A stretch of 64,000 bases of DNA, taken from contig CM082580.2 of NCBI GenBank assembly GCA_040954595.2, positions 4,950,783 to 5,014,782 of the forward strand. Direction: 5' to 3'. A program made the position numbers and the translations under genes. Within the stretch, counting starts at the first letter, position 1; every line of letters begins with the position of its first letter. Below the pieces are notes generated by a model, which did no database searches, had not been told where the DNA came from, and saw nothing but the letters and a program-made list of their open reading frames with translations. Origin of the DNA: Balanoglossus misakiensis (Eukaryota > Animalia > Hemichordata). Below, piece by piece: positions 39,826-52,425 of this stretch.

Positions 39826-40849
39826 AGCGGAGAGTAGCCCTTTTTCTGTCTATGGCATAGATGGTAGTGAAACTGAACATGCAATTCTTGCACCTCTTGA
39901 TGGATATCTGTAGATAGAGGGCAGAAGCAGGAGACGAACAGCGGAGACCAGTCAAAGGAAAAGACGCCGACTATCTCTACAGCAGATTTTAATCAGATTG
40001 TTTTGGCGGGAAGTGCATGATCTGTCCGCCTATTCGCCGTGACGTGTGGTGACGCGCACTCGTTCGCCAGTCCACCAAAAACACTATTAAATTGTGATAC
40101 GCAAACTTCTAGGACTGGGGGAAAAATTTGAATTGCGTGAGAAGATGGCATACGAATATTTCACCCCCGACTGCTACCACATTAGTGCGGGCGCCACTCG
40201 CGGCGAATAGAAGCAGATATAGTATTAAGACGTTATTTTTTCATCATCACTGAGGGCGCTAATTTCACAGACTTCGTAGTATCCGTTTCTGGATTACACT
40301 ATTAAAAGGTAAAGAAACGTGTCGAATGAAAAGCCAAGACAATGCTAATTAAAGGTAGGAAGTTGCCATACATTACAATGTGAAAACTATTTTTTGTCGA
40401 AATCAGGTACACATGTCAAGTCACAGCCGACACAAAAGTCAGTGATAAGGCATGTTAAGCAATCTGATACTTTAAAATATTTGTTTCTGAAATAGCACAA
40501 TAAAGCAACGCTTGTTGTACGTTTTGCACGTGAAGCAAATGCATTGTTACTTATATTAGCACCAACTTCTGCACCAACTTTACGAAATAGTTAAAATTTA
40601 AACCAGTAGTTTTCTGAAAATTAGCTGTCAGTACAGATCGTAATTGTATTCAGTACATGATAAACAAGTCAGGACGGATTTTGCCATCTGACGGAAGAAA
40701 AAATAACTATAACTGAATTGCTGGCAAAATGCCGGACACAAGGCTTTCCCCCCATTTTCTGTTGACCGTTTTAATTTGTGGAAGAAAAATCTGCAAAGAT
40801 TTGTCCTAAGTCACGTTTACTACTGTCTATTTATAGGGGTTGCAATGTT

Positions 40850-41794
40850 TCAAATTGCAATGAGGGTTAAGCGCTTATGATCTGTAGTTTTTCCGTTGTT
40901 ATACCGACATTGCCAGGGGTCGATCCCGCCCACAGCCAGCAGTAGCGCACTGAACGCGTAGTTTTCGGCACAGTTGCCCCAAGGATACAGAATGGTGCCT
41001 TTACCTGATTGTCGGTCAGGGCGATAAGTGAGGCCCTTGTACAGGCCGGAACACCTTAAACAAGGGCCAATTTCTTCGAACTTCCGGGCCCTTATGTCAT
41101 TAAATTGGATAGCTGTACTCTGAACTTTATTGGGAAATGTTATGTGACTGTCTGTTTCTGCCTCCTGTTGACCCTCCCTTGACTTGATCATTTCCTTGAC
41201 CCACTCGTGACAACGATATTGTTTCAAGGATTCTATGTAGGCCTCCCGAAGTCCTGGCAGCGCCGCAACGCTGGCTCCCCAGAAAACCTTGACCAGACCG
41301 TTGCTGAATTGAACCTTCACTTTGCAAATAGTCTTTGCCATCAGCGGGTTCGGTCGGTTGGAGTCAAGTCGTGATCGTTGGTATATGCGACAGAGTAAGT
41401 CTTGAACTGAACTTTCGTCACTATACAGAAGTTGAACCTGAAACGAGTATGAATGTTTGTGTATGTTCAGTAAATGTTGTACATGTCCGAGCACATGATA
41501 AGGAGAGATCAAAGTTTGTTCTTATATCCAACCGTATACCGCTGAATTTGTTTACTTACCATTTCCAATAATATGGTAGATGGCGGTATACCCAGGCAGG
41601 TCGTATTCTGCATTAGGGTTGCATATTCTTGTTCTATTACACTCTGCTTTTCTATTAGTTTCTGCGTTGGTTTCATATAGAGCTTTTCCATGGCATCCTT
41701 TAAGCTCAAAATCAACTGTATATTTAAAATGTATAAAAAATAAATGCATGTATAAATGTCACGTCAACAAACAAACAAACAAACAGAAAAAATA

Positions 41795-41849
<55 letters not shown>

Positions 41850-44422
41850 ATACATAAATAAATAAATAATTATTACAAAAAGCAGTATAACTATATTCCA
41901 AAGTAGAATTACCAATTAGAATTATTATTGTACAGCAGTTATCCAAATCATTCGTAGTAGCAGATGGTCTTTATTCAGTAATTCCAGGCTATCGGCCCAA
42001 TCTACATCTTTAATTTCTTTCAGTTTCTGCATATCCACCACTCGAGAAACTGGGTAGTGAATTTGCATATTTTATCATCGCCGGAGCCTCGCTTTCGAAC
42101 ACGCGGGAGCTGCAAACCATGGCCGAGTTCGATTGCGACCCGAGTCGCGCGCGTTGCAATCGAACGACTCCGAGTTGCTACGCTGATGACGCAAATTACG
42201 TCATATGACCTTTGAACTTAACCCGGGCCTGTCTCGCGTCAGGAGCAGGGTTGCTGGGGTTGGAACTCGACAAAATGGCGACAGGGCAACCGTACGTAAA
42301 CATAAGTATTAGGTTTTTTTTGCCATTTTCGGGGTAAAACGCGGTAAACGATGTCATTGCACTAATTTTAAAGCAATTTTCATAATTTTTACAGTACAGG
42401 GTGTACGTATTTCGGATATTTTTGAATAAAAGACGTATTGTTTACCTGTGACGACGTCAAAATCAGGCGACGATCGCTGGATCAGATTTTCAGTTTTTAT
42501 AGAGTATGTACGGTTTTGTGAAATTCCTTGATATTAAACTTAGGCAAATTTTTTTTATCTTCGGAACGTATTTTCGGCGCAAAAAAACAGCTCAGAGAGG
42601 CAATGATGGCAGTATTTATCCGAAGTTACAAAACTGCCGCAGAATCTAAAGATTCATCAAAATCCTCAAAAAAATTAAGCAAAACCAAGAAATCTTCGAA
42701 CTCAGTCGCCATGTTTGTTTACGCGAGTTGCAAGTAGACGTCGTTCGTTTGCCTCTCAAGAGGGCGCCCTCAATGACCTTTGGCTTCTCAGAGACGCGGT
42801 CAAGAGGTCTCTCCAAATCCGTTTCGTTCAACCAATGAGAGCGCTGAAGTGGCGTTCGATTTAGGGGAAGGTAACTGATTCGTCAATGGCGTTCCACCGG
42901 AAGTATCACCATGGTTGCCTACTTACTTCACGATTTCATTTTTATAGATCGATCGCCAAAAATTGAGATAATCGGAATTATTTTACACGAAATCATAATT
43001 TACGAGTACAAGTGTCGTTTGTTGTTCTGAACGTCTGTTCTACACGTATGCCACGTCACGTGACAAGGACGTTACGCGTACTGATCGAACGTGCACGCGA
43101 TCCATGCACGCGATGGAACTTCTGTCTGGCATATTAGCCAATCATATGAAGCAACATCTTGCATGGTACTAGCCAATCACAGCACGAGCTCAAACGGATT
43201 TGGAGAGACGTCTTGCACCGCGTCTCTGAAAAGCCAAAGGTCATTGACGGCGCCCTTTGGAAAGGCAAGTCGTTCGTTTGAAATCTCCCGGGTTACGCTT
43301 CTGCGCATGCTAACTAGAATAGGATGACGTCAGCGCCAGCTACTCGGGTCGCTACTCGGGTCACAATCGAACTCGGCCATGGCGTTCGCAACCCTTGCCG
43401 TTGTCATGTAAACACATTTTTAGAAGTGGTTTATCTCAGTTAAAAACCCCGAAAGAAAAAGAAAAATCAACTTTTCTGAGGTATTATAAAGTAATTATTG
43501 GGATAACGAAAAAATCCGCCATTTTTAGCGTCATTTTCTTGCAATTCACGACCTATCTCGGCACCAGTCATTACGGTGATTTACCGCGCTACGACGGGCC
43601 AATTTTCAGCGAACGAGTACGGAGTCAAGGAGGTCGTGAGCCATCACGATATTTCAATCACATGATTTGGAAAGTTCAAGGGTACTTCAGTCCAAATATG
43701 GGAGTAGTGCCGCCTTGCAAACACAAACGACGCAGTGTTTATTTTACCACATTCACTAGACGTAGCGTACAAATGATATCAGAGATCGAACAGAAATACG
43801 ATAAATTTTCCACTTTCAACTCGATCGGACGATAGGTTACGTCTATCAAACCTGAGCGACGCAGTTTGGTGGCACAAATCTCACCTTATGGTGTAGAAAA
43901 GACGATTTTCTGAAACTGAAAAAATACACCAACGGTTCTTGAAGTAATGGTGGCGCTGTTGAAATTCAAAGTAAAATCTTATTAACATATGCTAATTTAC
44001 TACCCAGTTTCTCGATTGTCTCTTGCGCAGTTTGTGCGCCATCACTCGACAGTCTAACGTATCGATCAGTTCGTTGCATTGGTCAAAGATTCGCACCAGT
44101 GGAGGCTGGTACGGTATAGGGAGTCAACTAAATATAAAACAACTACACAAAAACAGTATGGCTTACTTTAAGTGTCACCTTTGTTTTATACATTTCAAAA
44201 AAGTCTAGAGTAAATTTTTACCTGGATCTTCAATGGTTTCATCTTGTTTCTCAAGTCATGTCTCTCATCATCTGCTGCCATTGATGTGGCGTTTACAACT
44301 TTGGCTTCAGCCTTTGTAATTTCCTCAAATGCGTCGAGTATCTTGTCACACCCTCGTTCAACTCTAGGTCTCAATCGTCGTTGCCTCTCCAGATATATTT
44401 CGTCGCTGGATTGATCTGCCAT
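40850..44422 (-). CDS. 314-aa protein: helical N-terminus + putative circularly permuted zinc-dependent deaminase domain, 3 exons
   Basis: Phase-0 exons 44422-44222 (cag|gtaaaa), 41715-41560 (tacag|..|gtaagt) and 41437-40850 (tttcag|). Motifs FWGASV, GPCLRC (PCLRC at 41065-41051) and YPWGNCAENYAFS (GNCAE at 40978-40964). The gene model is well supported; the function is inferred. Confidence 0.72.
41766..41870. repeat. (AAAC)n/(AAAT)n microsatellite
   Basis: Read directly. Confidence 0.9.
42121..43378. mobile_element. Nested TIR element (GG..CC ends, AT target; ISL2EU/PIF-like)
   Basis: TIR ggccgagttcgattg(c/t)gacccgagt(c/a)gcg, with a ccatgg context at both ends. Confidence 0.75.
42749..43268. 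mobile_element. Innermost nested element with about 75-bp imperfect TIRs and 9-bp TSD
   Basis: ttgcctctcaagagggcgccctcaatgacctttggct..ctctccaaatccgttt and its inverse at 43191-43268. TSD gtcgttcgt at 42740-42748 and 43269-43277. Confidence 0.8.
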
Positions 44423-45728
44423 ATTATCTGAGAACTCGGACCGGTGTTCAACCTGTGTTCCCTAGTAGGTCTAAACCTCGTTGATAAATGAAACCAAGTA
44501 GTTATATTTTAAACTTTTGTATAAGCGTCACAATTTCTTAGAATTTTGCAACTAACTACTATAAATGTCGAATTACTAGAAATACATACACGGTTAGGGA
44601 GATTTCATTAATTAGGAAGGGGTGGTGGATGAATCGGTGGTGGGTCATATTTTTACAAACACGACATCTTTTCAGTTAACGAGCCTACATCCGATTTGGC
44701 GAAAATAATGTCATTTTCACTGACAACCCTTTTGCTTTCATAAAAATTCTTAACTAATTCGGAGTTCGACTGTCGGAATTTTTTACTCGTAATTTTTTAC
44801 TTTTGCGTGTTTGCTTGCTTTGAGCGTGTTTCGTCATTGAGCTGAGTTTCGGTTGCTGCCCACCAATGGGCATACGCGCGATCCCATGATTTACGCATCA
44901 ACACGTGATACCGATCATATGACTAACGCGTTCACTCCACAGACGAGACACGGAATAAAAAAACACGCAATTTTATTTAATTCATCATGACATAATTAAT
45001 CCCAGCATAGACTTGGGACACGTCTAGGATTATATAGGAATTCAGAAATACAATAGTAGGCGCACGTGATGCCAATAAAAGTAGCATCCAAGTTAATTGT
45101 ACTTATTTCTCCCTTTATCGGAATACAAATCTTGCATTCCTGAGTTCTTACACATTTATAGTGGCTGCCATGCAGCTGATGTGTATGACTTCCCTTGCCA
45201 GAATTTTGTGCACTCAAAGCACCCCCATAAAGAGCACAGACAGAGAGGATTTTGCATGTACAAGTACCACAAATTATCTTGAAGTGTCCACTCAAAGTGT
45301 GCTGGGGGTGTATCTCAATGGCACCAGTAAAATGGTACAATGAACACTACAAAATGCCTTTGTTTAGCTTTGTTGTCGATGAGATAAAAAAAGGTGACAA
45401 GGGATTTATATTCGGATGGGTGTAACTGCATCCCTGGCAGAGTTGGGATTTCCTACAATGTTTGAGAATCAAGTTGATAATGTATTGCAGTATCTTGTGC
45501 ATTGTGGTCCACTACATAATGTATCTGCACCACAGGTACTGATGTCGTTCCTTCTCCAATTATTAGTGGGGACTTTTTAGGAACATAAAAGACGTGAAAG
45601 TCTGTTTTCTTTACCTTAGTACTGAACTTAATCGTCGCCGTTTTCGCGTTGTCTGCTTGGAGTTATGACGCCAAGTTTGGGAAGGGTGCCCTTTGCATGA
45701 AAAAGGTGTATAACATGAAGGAAGTTTC

Positions 45729-45980
<252 letters not shown>

Positions 45981-46234
45981 AACACGGAGGAAGAGCCACC
46001 GGTGGCCGAACGTAGGTTAATGTACGCTTGGCGGATTGCCGATTAGGTCTAAGGTCTAAGCCAATAAATGGACTGTCAAGTAAATATCAGAGTATACAAA
46101 GGCGGGACAAGGTAACTGGTGAGCACGACTTGGCACGACTATGCCCCCCTGGGCGATACCATTATTATGTACTAAATACCTCACCCATGGGTTAGGTGTT
46201 TTCTGTAGCGACTGCTTTGTTTGTCGGGTCGAGT

Positions 46235-46242
46235 TATAAATA
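46235..46242 (+). promoter_or_regulatory. Candidate TATA box of the US22-like gene
   Basis: TATAAATA lies about 75 bp upstream of an ATG in good context (gacATGG). Position alone supports the call. Confidence 0.45.
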
Positions 46243-46311
46243 AAGAAGATCTGACTGAAAACTTTCAGTACAATTCTATAACTTGAGTTTTGCTGAAAAC
46301 AAAACACCGAC

Positions 46312-46830
46312 ATGGCAGAAGCCTATAATCCGCCAATTTTGCAAGACAGTCCCGTAGGCCTACACTTCCCACCACCAGAGAAACGTTTGAAGTGGACACA
46401 TAAACAGTCGCCGACAGATAAACAATTATCCGATTCGGTGGGCTTCGAACAAATCGTCAAATATTTTTCTCAGTCGGACTATCCAAGCCAATTAATTGGC
46501 AAGTCTGTTTCAGTCGATGGTTCGGAACTATTCTTTCATGACGGGACCGATGAGACTCTTGAATTCATAAAAACTGAGTTTGAGTCTTGCTACGTTGGCA
46601 AACCACTGCGGATGGTTGGTTATCTGGATAGAGTCGAGTCTGATCATATGATTATGGTGGACTTTGAAGGTACTGTCTACAGAGCAGAGGATACAATTCT
46701 GTTTGTCGTTGGAAGAGATTTATCAAACTATCTACAACAGGGATCTGAAGACCTTGGTTTTTACGATTACTACGGACATCTTGACCAAAAGAAAAGTCGG
46801 GCTTGTTCTGGTGGAAGTTACACAGACGAG
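46312..46830 (+). CDS. US22-like / SUKH-superfamily domain protein (first exon; the ORF would run to 46941 if unspliced)
   Basis: LRMVGYLDRVESDHMIMVDFEGTVYRAEDTILFVVGRDLSNYLQQG fits the US22 pattern hxhhG..hhhhxxxGxVY..LhhVAxxLxxF..G. A strong donor gag|gtaagt is at 46830/46831. A possible short exon 2 at about 46950-47057 is unverified. Confidence 0.65.
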
Positions 46831-47674
46831 GTAAGTAGGCCTACATGCAAGCTAGCGGTATGCCACTTCAAAATGTACATTCGCTCGCATAGAACCTGCA
46901 AGGTCGCTGTGTTGGAGTCTTCTGACCCACGTTCGCGTTAGACGTTCAGGTGGAAACTTTCCTGAGAACGCAAACGAATGCGAATATTACCAGAGTCCTC
47001 ACCAAGATTTCACATAAAATCAAAACTTTTTCAGATATCAGCAGAACCCTTAAATGAATTTTCACATGCGTTAATAAACCTTCATTATTTATTTCCTGAT
47101 GTTTGAATATGATACTAGAAATGTGCAGTACACTGCGATCAGCTGACCTTTTGTTTACGCGTACGCGCCATTGCTCCTTTGTCAATGTCCGTGTCTGAAT
47201 TTGTCACAGCTATAGTATTTTAAAGTCTGCAAATTCACTGGTATTGACAAAACTATCAAATGATAAAAAATTATGTACGCCCCAAACACCTATAATGGAC
47301 TCAAGCACACATTGTGCGTCATAATGTACGAGGCGAATGCCGAGTACATTAAAAGAAAAAAAGAAAAACATTAATTGATAAAAATACTTTTTTTGCAACC
47401 CAACAGAATACAACAACAATAAATTTGTACATAAAGTCAGACTATAGCAGACTCTACACAGTTGCTGTGCCTCGATTCAGTGATTGTAAATTTATTGTTG
47501 ATTGGCGGATGCCTGGAGTTCTGTAAAGTTCGTGGGTCAGGCAATCTTAATTCCAACATATATGTTCTCCGCACACAATGTTTTTTTTTGGGAGAAATAT
47601 ATACTCTATTATATTATATCATGCTACCGTCCGCAATTCTGATTGGACGAGAGCTCAATCCAGCGATGCTAAAA

Positions 47675-48496
47675 TTAAGCAATAAAACACCCCCAGCCAT
47701 GGTATATCACGAGATTTTGACCAGTTCACGACATATACGCACGAGCGATAGCGAGTGCGTATATGGAGTTGAACTGGTCAAAATCGAGTGGTATACCATG
47801 GCTGTGGGTGTTTTATTGCTATTATATTATGCCAGTATATTGAAACTTTGCATAAAACATTTTAAAAAGGCATTTTCTGTAACTATGATATATGACTGTG
47901 GTATATGGCTAATATATCACGGTCACGTGTCGTGTCTCGACCAATCAAATAGCGTGATTTACACCATCAATATACTGGTATAATATAATACTCAATAATG
48001 CACTGCTGGCAGTGCTAAAACGGGCCCCTGAACTAGCATACAGCAGCAAAAATGTGCGGTTAAACCACAGTCACGCGAGTTTAAACCAAATAAATAAAAC
48101 AAAAATACTGTTGAATTAACGGACGTTTTATTTTGGAACTGCTCTGTGGAAATATGGGTCGCTTTGCCACGCGCGATGCCCGTCTTGTCACTTTTTGTCG
48201 TCTGCTTCATGTTTAATGCTCGATCCCGGCCGCTCGTGTTTACATGTATCGTCGCCATGTTGGTTCACGATCGTAATTTCTCTTTCTGACGCCGTTTCGG
48301 TAAGAAAATGACACTGATATGCCACAAAAACAATTGTTGATATAATATAATAGCAATAACCCCCGCCTCAGTCGGGTATACACTCGATTTGGGTACAATT
48401 CGGTCCATATAGCACTCGCCTGACGGCTCGTGCTATATGTCTCGAATTGTACCAAAATCTCGTGTATACCCGCCTGCGGCGGGGGTTATTGCTTAA
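47675..48496. mobile_element. Hairpin-ended non-autonomous element (Crypton-like by end structure; family uncertain)
   Basis: Begins ttaagcaataa and ends ttattgcttaa. Each end is a hairpin of about 145 bp (47677-47820, 48352-48494). The left part is repeated in inverted orientation at 60936-61248. Confidence 0.65.
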
Positions 48497-48724
48497 TTCG
48501 AAGGGGGTGAACATTTCGGATTGATCAAGTTCTAAATCTGATGTAGGAAATTCTGAATCAATCGCAGTCGGCTTAATTTGGCCACCCCCACCCCCAAACT
48601 TAAGCAATGAAGTGTTTTTTTTTTGCGTATAACGATCTTTTGACGTCGCCCCTTATGGAGTACAATGTGTGCTTCTCTAAACATATGGTCAACCGGACTC
48701 CTCCGCTGGGCTACGGTAGCGATA

Positions 48725-48831
48725 AATCTGATTAAAATCAGATGTAGGGAACGGCGACGTGGTTTTTTTATGCTGTCGCCAGCATAAAAAAAAACACGTC
48801 GCCGTTCCCTACATCTGATTTTAATCAGATT
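48725..48831. repeat. About 105-bp palindrome whose arm also occurs as a dispersed repeat
   Basis: aatctgattaaaatcagatgtagggaacggcgacgtg..cacgtcgccgttccctacatctgattttaatcagatt. Single arms occur at about 15905, 35890 and 39965. Confidence 0.8.
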
Positions 48832-50413
48832 GGGTAGAGATAGTCTCCGTTATCCAGACTCATCTCTTTCTTCCGCTGCGCTACAGAACGAGGGTCTGCG
48901 AGGAAATACCATAACGTTTTATAAAACAAAATGGCCTCTGTCAGGATTTCGGACAGTCGATGATTGGTTGATCCGTCATTATGACCTGGGTCACTGCAAC
49001 CCGACTGAAATCATAGACATGCAACAATCAAAAGACGCTTCAATTGCAGCGTTCAGTCGGTCTCCATCGATTAGGATGTTGCCATAGTTTGAAATATATA
49101 CTTTTTAACCAGATAAATAATAAAGCTTTGCCGCAAAGGAATATGGCCGCCACCGTAAGAAAATGCAAAATGCTATGAAAACGATGCACTACCCACTGCA
49201 TAATGTCATCCATTAGAACTCCTGAAGGTATATGTACTGCACTGAGATATTACATTTACATTTTCATGTTTCATTGCAATATTTCACCTTTTTTAAAATT
49301 GCGGGAATTTCTTTACTTTATGCCATTTTGTCAGACATAAGTGTTATCCGGGTATAATGTCAGGCAATATTATTTAATAGACAGAATTCAAAGCATACCC
49401 AAGATTATTTAAAACTTAAATTTCTTTATCATTCCATCGCAGCTCATGGGGCTTTGGACAAAGAAGGCGTAAGCGACTGATGTATACACACTTGTTACAT
49501 GTAGACTCTGCAAACAATACTAAATTTTGTCTTTAAAATTACATGCTCTAACGATTTGTTTTTCAGGAGGAGTATCTTCGAAAACATTCCAACCACGAAT
49601 ACTATCCCCCCAAAGAAGAAACCAGGTCACAGGTAGGGCCCTACTTGTTTCCTTCGGGAGATTGGTGACAGCCATTATGATGTGTAAACAGATCTGTATT
49701 TTTTCAGATTATTGCATGCGCTTGTTTCAAGAACGAAAATTATTGGTATAATAATCAAAAGATCTGTGCCTATACCTCCGTCTATAAAATGTAGCATTTT
49801 CCCCTCGTGAGTCAGAATATAATAGATTTATACAGCTTTCTGTTGCAAGAGTACACACTGTGGTTGTATACGCACATGCGCATCTTTACATCTTTTATCG
49901 TTAAAATAACCTTCAAGTGGCAGCTCATAATGAGGCTAAATGCCCTTGTTACAAGACCATTATGTTTTATACCTAGTGTCGAATAGCAGTTCAGGTTGCA
50001 GTTTAGTCTGTCTACAAAGCTCGTGTGAAAACCATAGCCCAAACGTCACAGTAAAATGACAAGTTGATACTGAATTTAAGTCCGGACTTTAATTTAATTT
50101 GTCAACAGTGATAACCGTGTACGAAGACCGACTGTGTTGACAAAAGAAATTCAAGATGTTAGGATGTTCTTATTATAATAACCATTTTTGTCATTACTGT
50201 GAGAAGGTTTTGTTTCTTTATTCAGGTTCAACATCCGCAGGAAGAAGCGACTTTGAAACCTAACGGTCAGCCTTCGCGTTGTCACATCACAAATGGCCAT
50301 TCTGTTATTGACACTATCTATAGTGGAAAACAAGTTTGAAAAGGTGGATCCAACAGGTCGACACGCTCATGATGTATACCTCTTTGTGAAGATATAATTA
50401 ACTCCGTTATTTA

Positions 50414-51195
50414 GGGACCGTTCAGTTTTTACGGCAGGGGGGGGGGCCGGCAAGTTTGTGTCATCGGTTTTCAAAATCAGGCCGACCCCCCCCTTCACCC
50501 AGGACCAAAAAATGATGACCCCCCTTTGACAGACCCAAAAATATGATGACCCCCCCCCCCCCCACGCCGAAAACATTCGCCGTCCTGATCCTATGTATAC
50601 ACTGTCCTATGTATACACTGTATGCAATAAAGGGAATGGGGCTCCTCACCCCTCAATTATAAATTTCTTAAAGTAATTGAATTATTTAATAATATCGTTG
50701 CAATAAAGAAATCTATGAACAAAATAAAATGACAAGTCAATACAATAGTTGCTAGAATTGGTAAAACAAGAAAAGTGGCGGGGGTGGGCGTGGGAGGGGG
50801 TGTCCCCCTCCCACATAAGAAAATTTTGTAAAATACGGTGCTCAAAGTTGCATTTTAATGAACTCTAGAGCAAATTAACTCAATGTTAGGCAGGATGAAT
50901 TTTGATTTTGCCACTCCACTCAAAGTAAGCATAGGGGTGGGGTGGGAATAAGTCTGCCCTGGTACACTAGACAAACCAGTCCCCCTCCCACATTAGAAAA
51001 TTTTGTAAAATAAAGGGCGCGAAACTGCAATTTTGTGGACTCAAAAGCAAAAGTTTGGTGGCAAAAGTATGTGACCCCCCTAAACGTTTAAAAAAACCAG
51101 ATGACCCCCCCCCCTTTTGGACTTCAAAATTCAAGTGACCCCCCCCCCCCCCCTGGATTTTGCCGGCCCCCCGGCCGTAAAAACTGAACGGTCCC
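50414..51195. mobile_element. PIF/Harbinger-type MITE
   Basis: TIR gggaccgttcagtttttacggc..ggccggcaa with TTA TSD on both sides. Confidence 0.88.
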
Positions 51196-52425
51196 TTACA
51201 TTTACAGTATTTTACATGTCTTTCATTAACCATTTCAGAAACATTGTTTATGTTTTTTCCTTTAAACACTGACAAATTAATTACTTCTATTTACAAAAAT
51301 GTTTTATGGATGTAATTTTATGCTATGAGAAATATAACATCTTGTCATAGTATGCTTTCGGACCCTGTTACTATCTGTATAAAGGTCAAATATGATTTCA
51401 AGGGTCAATTAATCTAGAGCTCGGGAATGTCAATGTTTGATAGTATTTGATTTTATGTATTTGAAGTAGATAGGGAGAGCTGGTTTTTAACTGACTGCTA
51501 TGGTTATCAATCACCATCGAACTGACTTTGTTATATAACGCTTTATGTAAATCCATACCTATAGAGTTGAATTGATGTCCAATGAAATTGTAACACATTA
51601 TATTTGTGATATTTTACATGATTAACCACGCCTTGGGGAAGACTTTATACGATGAAATAAAATAATAATAATAAAAAAAAAAAAAACTCCTACTAGTTTG
51701 TTTCATGGAAAAAAAATACAATAGTGAATAATATAACTCACATTTTATGTGGATGTTTATTCGATATTCATGCTGTAAATCTAGATAAACGAATATCATA
51801 TACAGAACTTTTGACTTGTCATAACATATCGCTATATATGATGCGAATTTGATTCCAGTAATATCAAAATATATTTAAAATCTATTCTAACTTTTAGTCA
51901 TAAAATAAGAGTATATGGAATGTTTATTGGACATGCTATATTGTTTTTAGATGTGACATAGTCGCATGAATACTAAGACGTTACGATTTATTGTTTGTTT
52001 GTTTGAATAAAAAGATACAGCATAAATGATAAAAAAAAACACGCCTTGAGAAAAGTAATTATAAGAGAACTTTGTTTCCAAAGTTGGAGGAGAAATAATC
52101 TAACGGGAGATGGGAGTACCTCAGGCTACTGAGTTCGTTCCCTTCCTCATGTACTTTACTGGGCGTATTTGATGTACTATAGTAATTCTCAGCAATAAAT
52201 GAGCGTGAATCAGATATGTGTCTCCGTGGATCACTGTTCTCGTCAGAGCCCGTTACCTCATCGCTACAATTTCCCAGATGCATGAACATAAATAAGATTC
52301 CAGCGGTAATAACCTAGACAAATTATGTACTTAATTAACTTATGAATAAACTAAATCCGGATATGATCTAAAATTGTGCAAATGGAGTAAAATATTCATC
52401 ATCGATATCCACTATTGTCCGACAT

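Larger units (their letters stand above)
42046..44011. mobile_element. Outer non-autonomous TIR element in intron 1 of the deaminase-like gene
   Basis: 25-bp TIR gaaactgggtagt(g/a)aatt(t/a)gcatat, flanked by palindromic tcga on both sides. Confidence 0.8.

Noticed and set aside
42540-42711. Transposase N-terminal remnant (MATEFEDFLVLL.., minus strand)
   Set aside because: It is short, contains a stop and shows no catalytic motif.
41910-44106. An extra deaminase-gene exon split by the transposon (PPLVRIFDQCNELIDTL.. / ..VVDMQKLKEIKD)
   Set aside because: Rebuilding the empty site gives a frameshift and stops, whereas exon 1 splices in frame directly to 41715. It may be a decayed exon.
44996-45700. 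Possible small gene between the deaminase-like and US22-like genes (Cys/Trp-rich frames, TTRKRRRL)
   Set aside because: I could not build a consistent exon chain or recognise a domain.
47462-47983. 173-aa ORF with a near-identical copy at 60940-61302
   Set aside because: The similarity comes from the non-coding hairpin repeat, and the translation is not protein-like.
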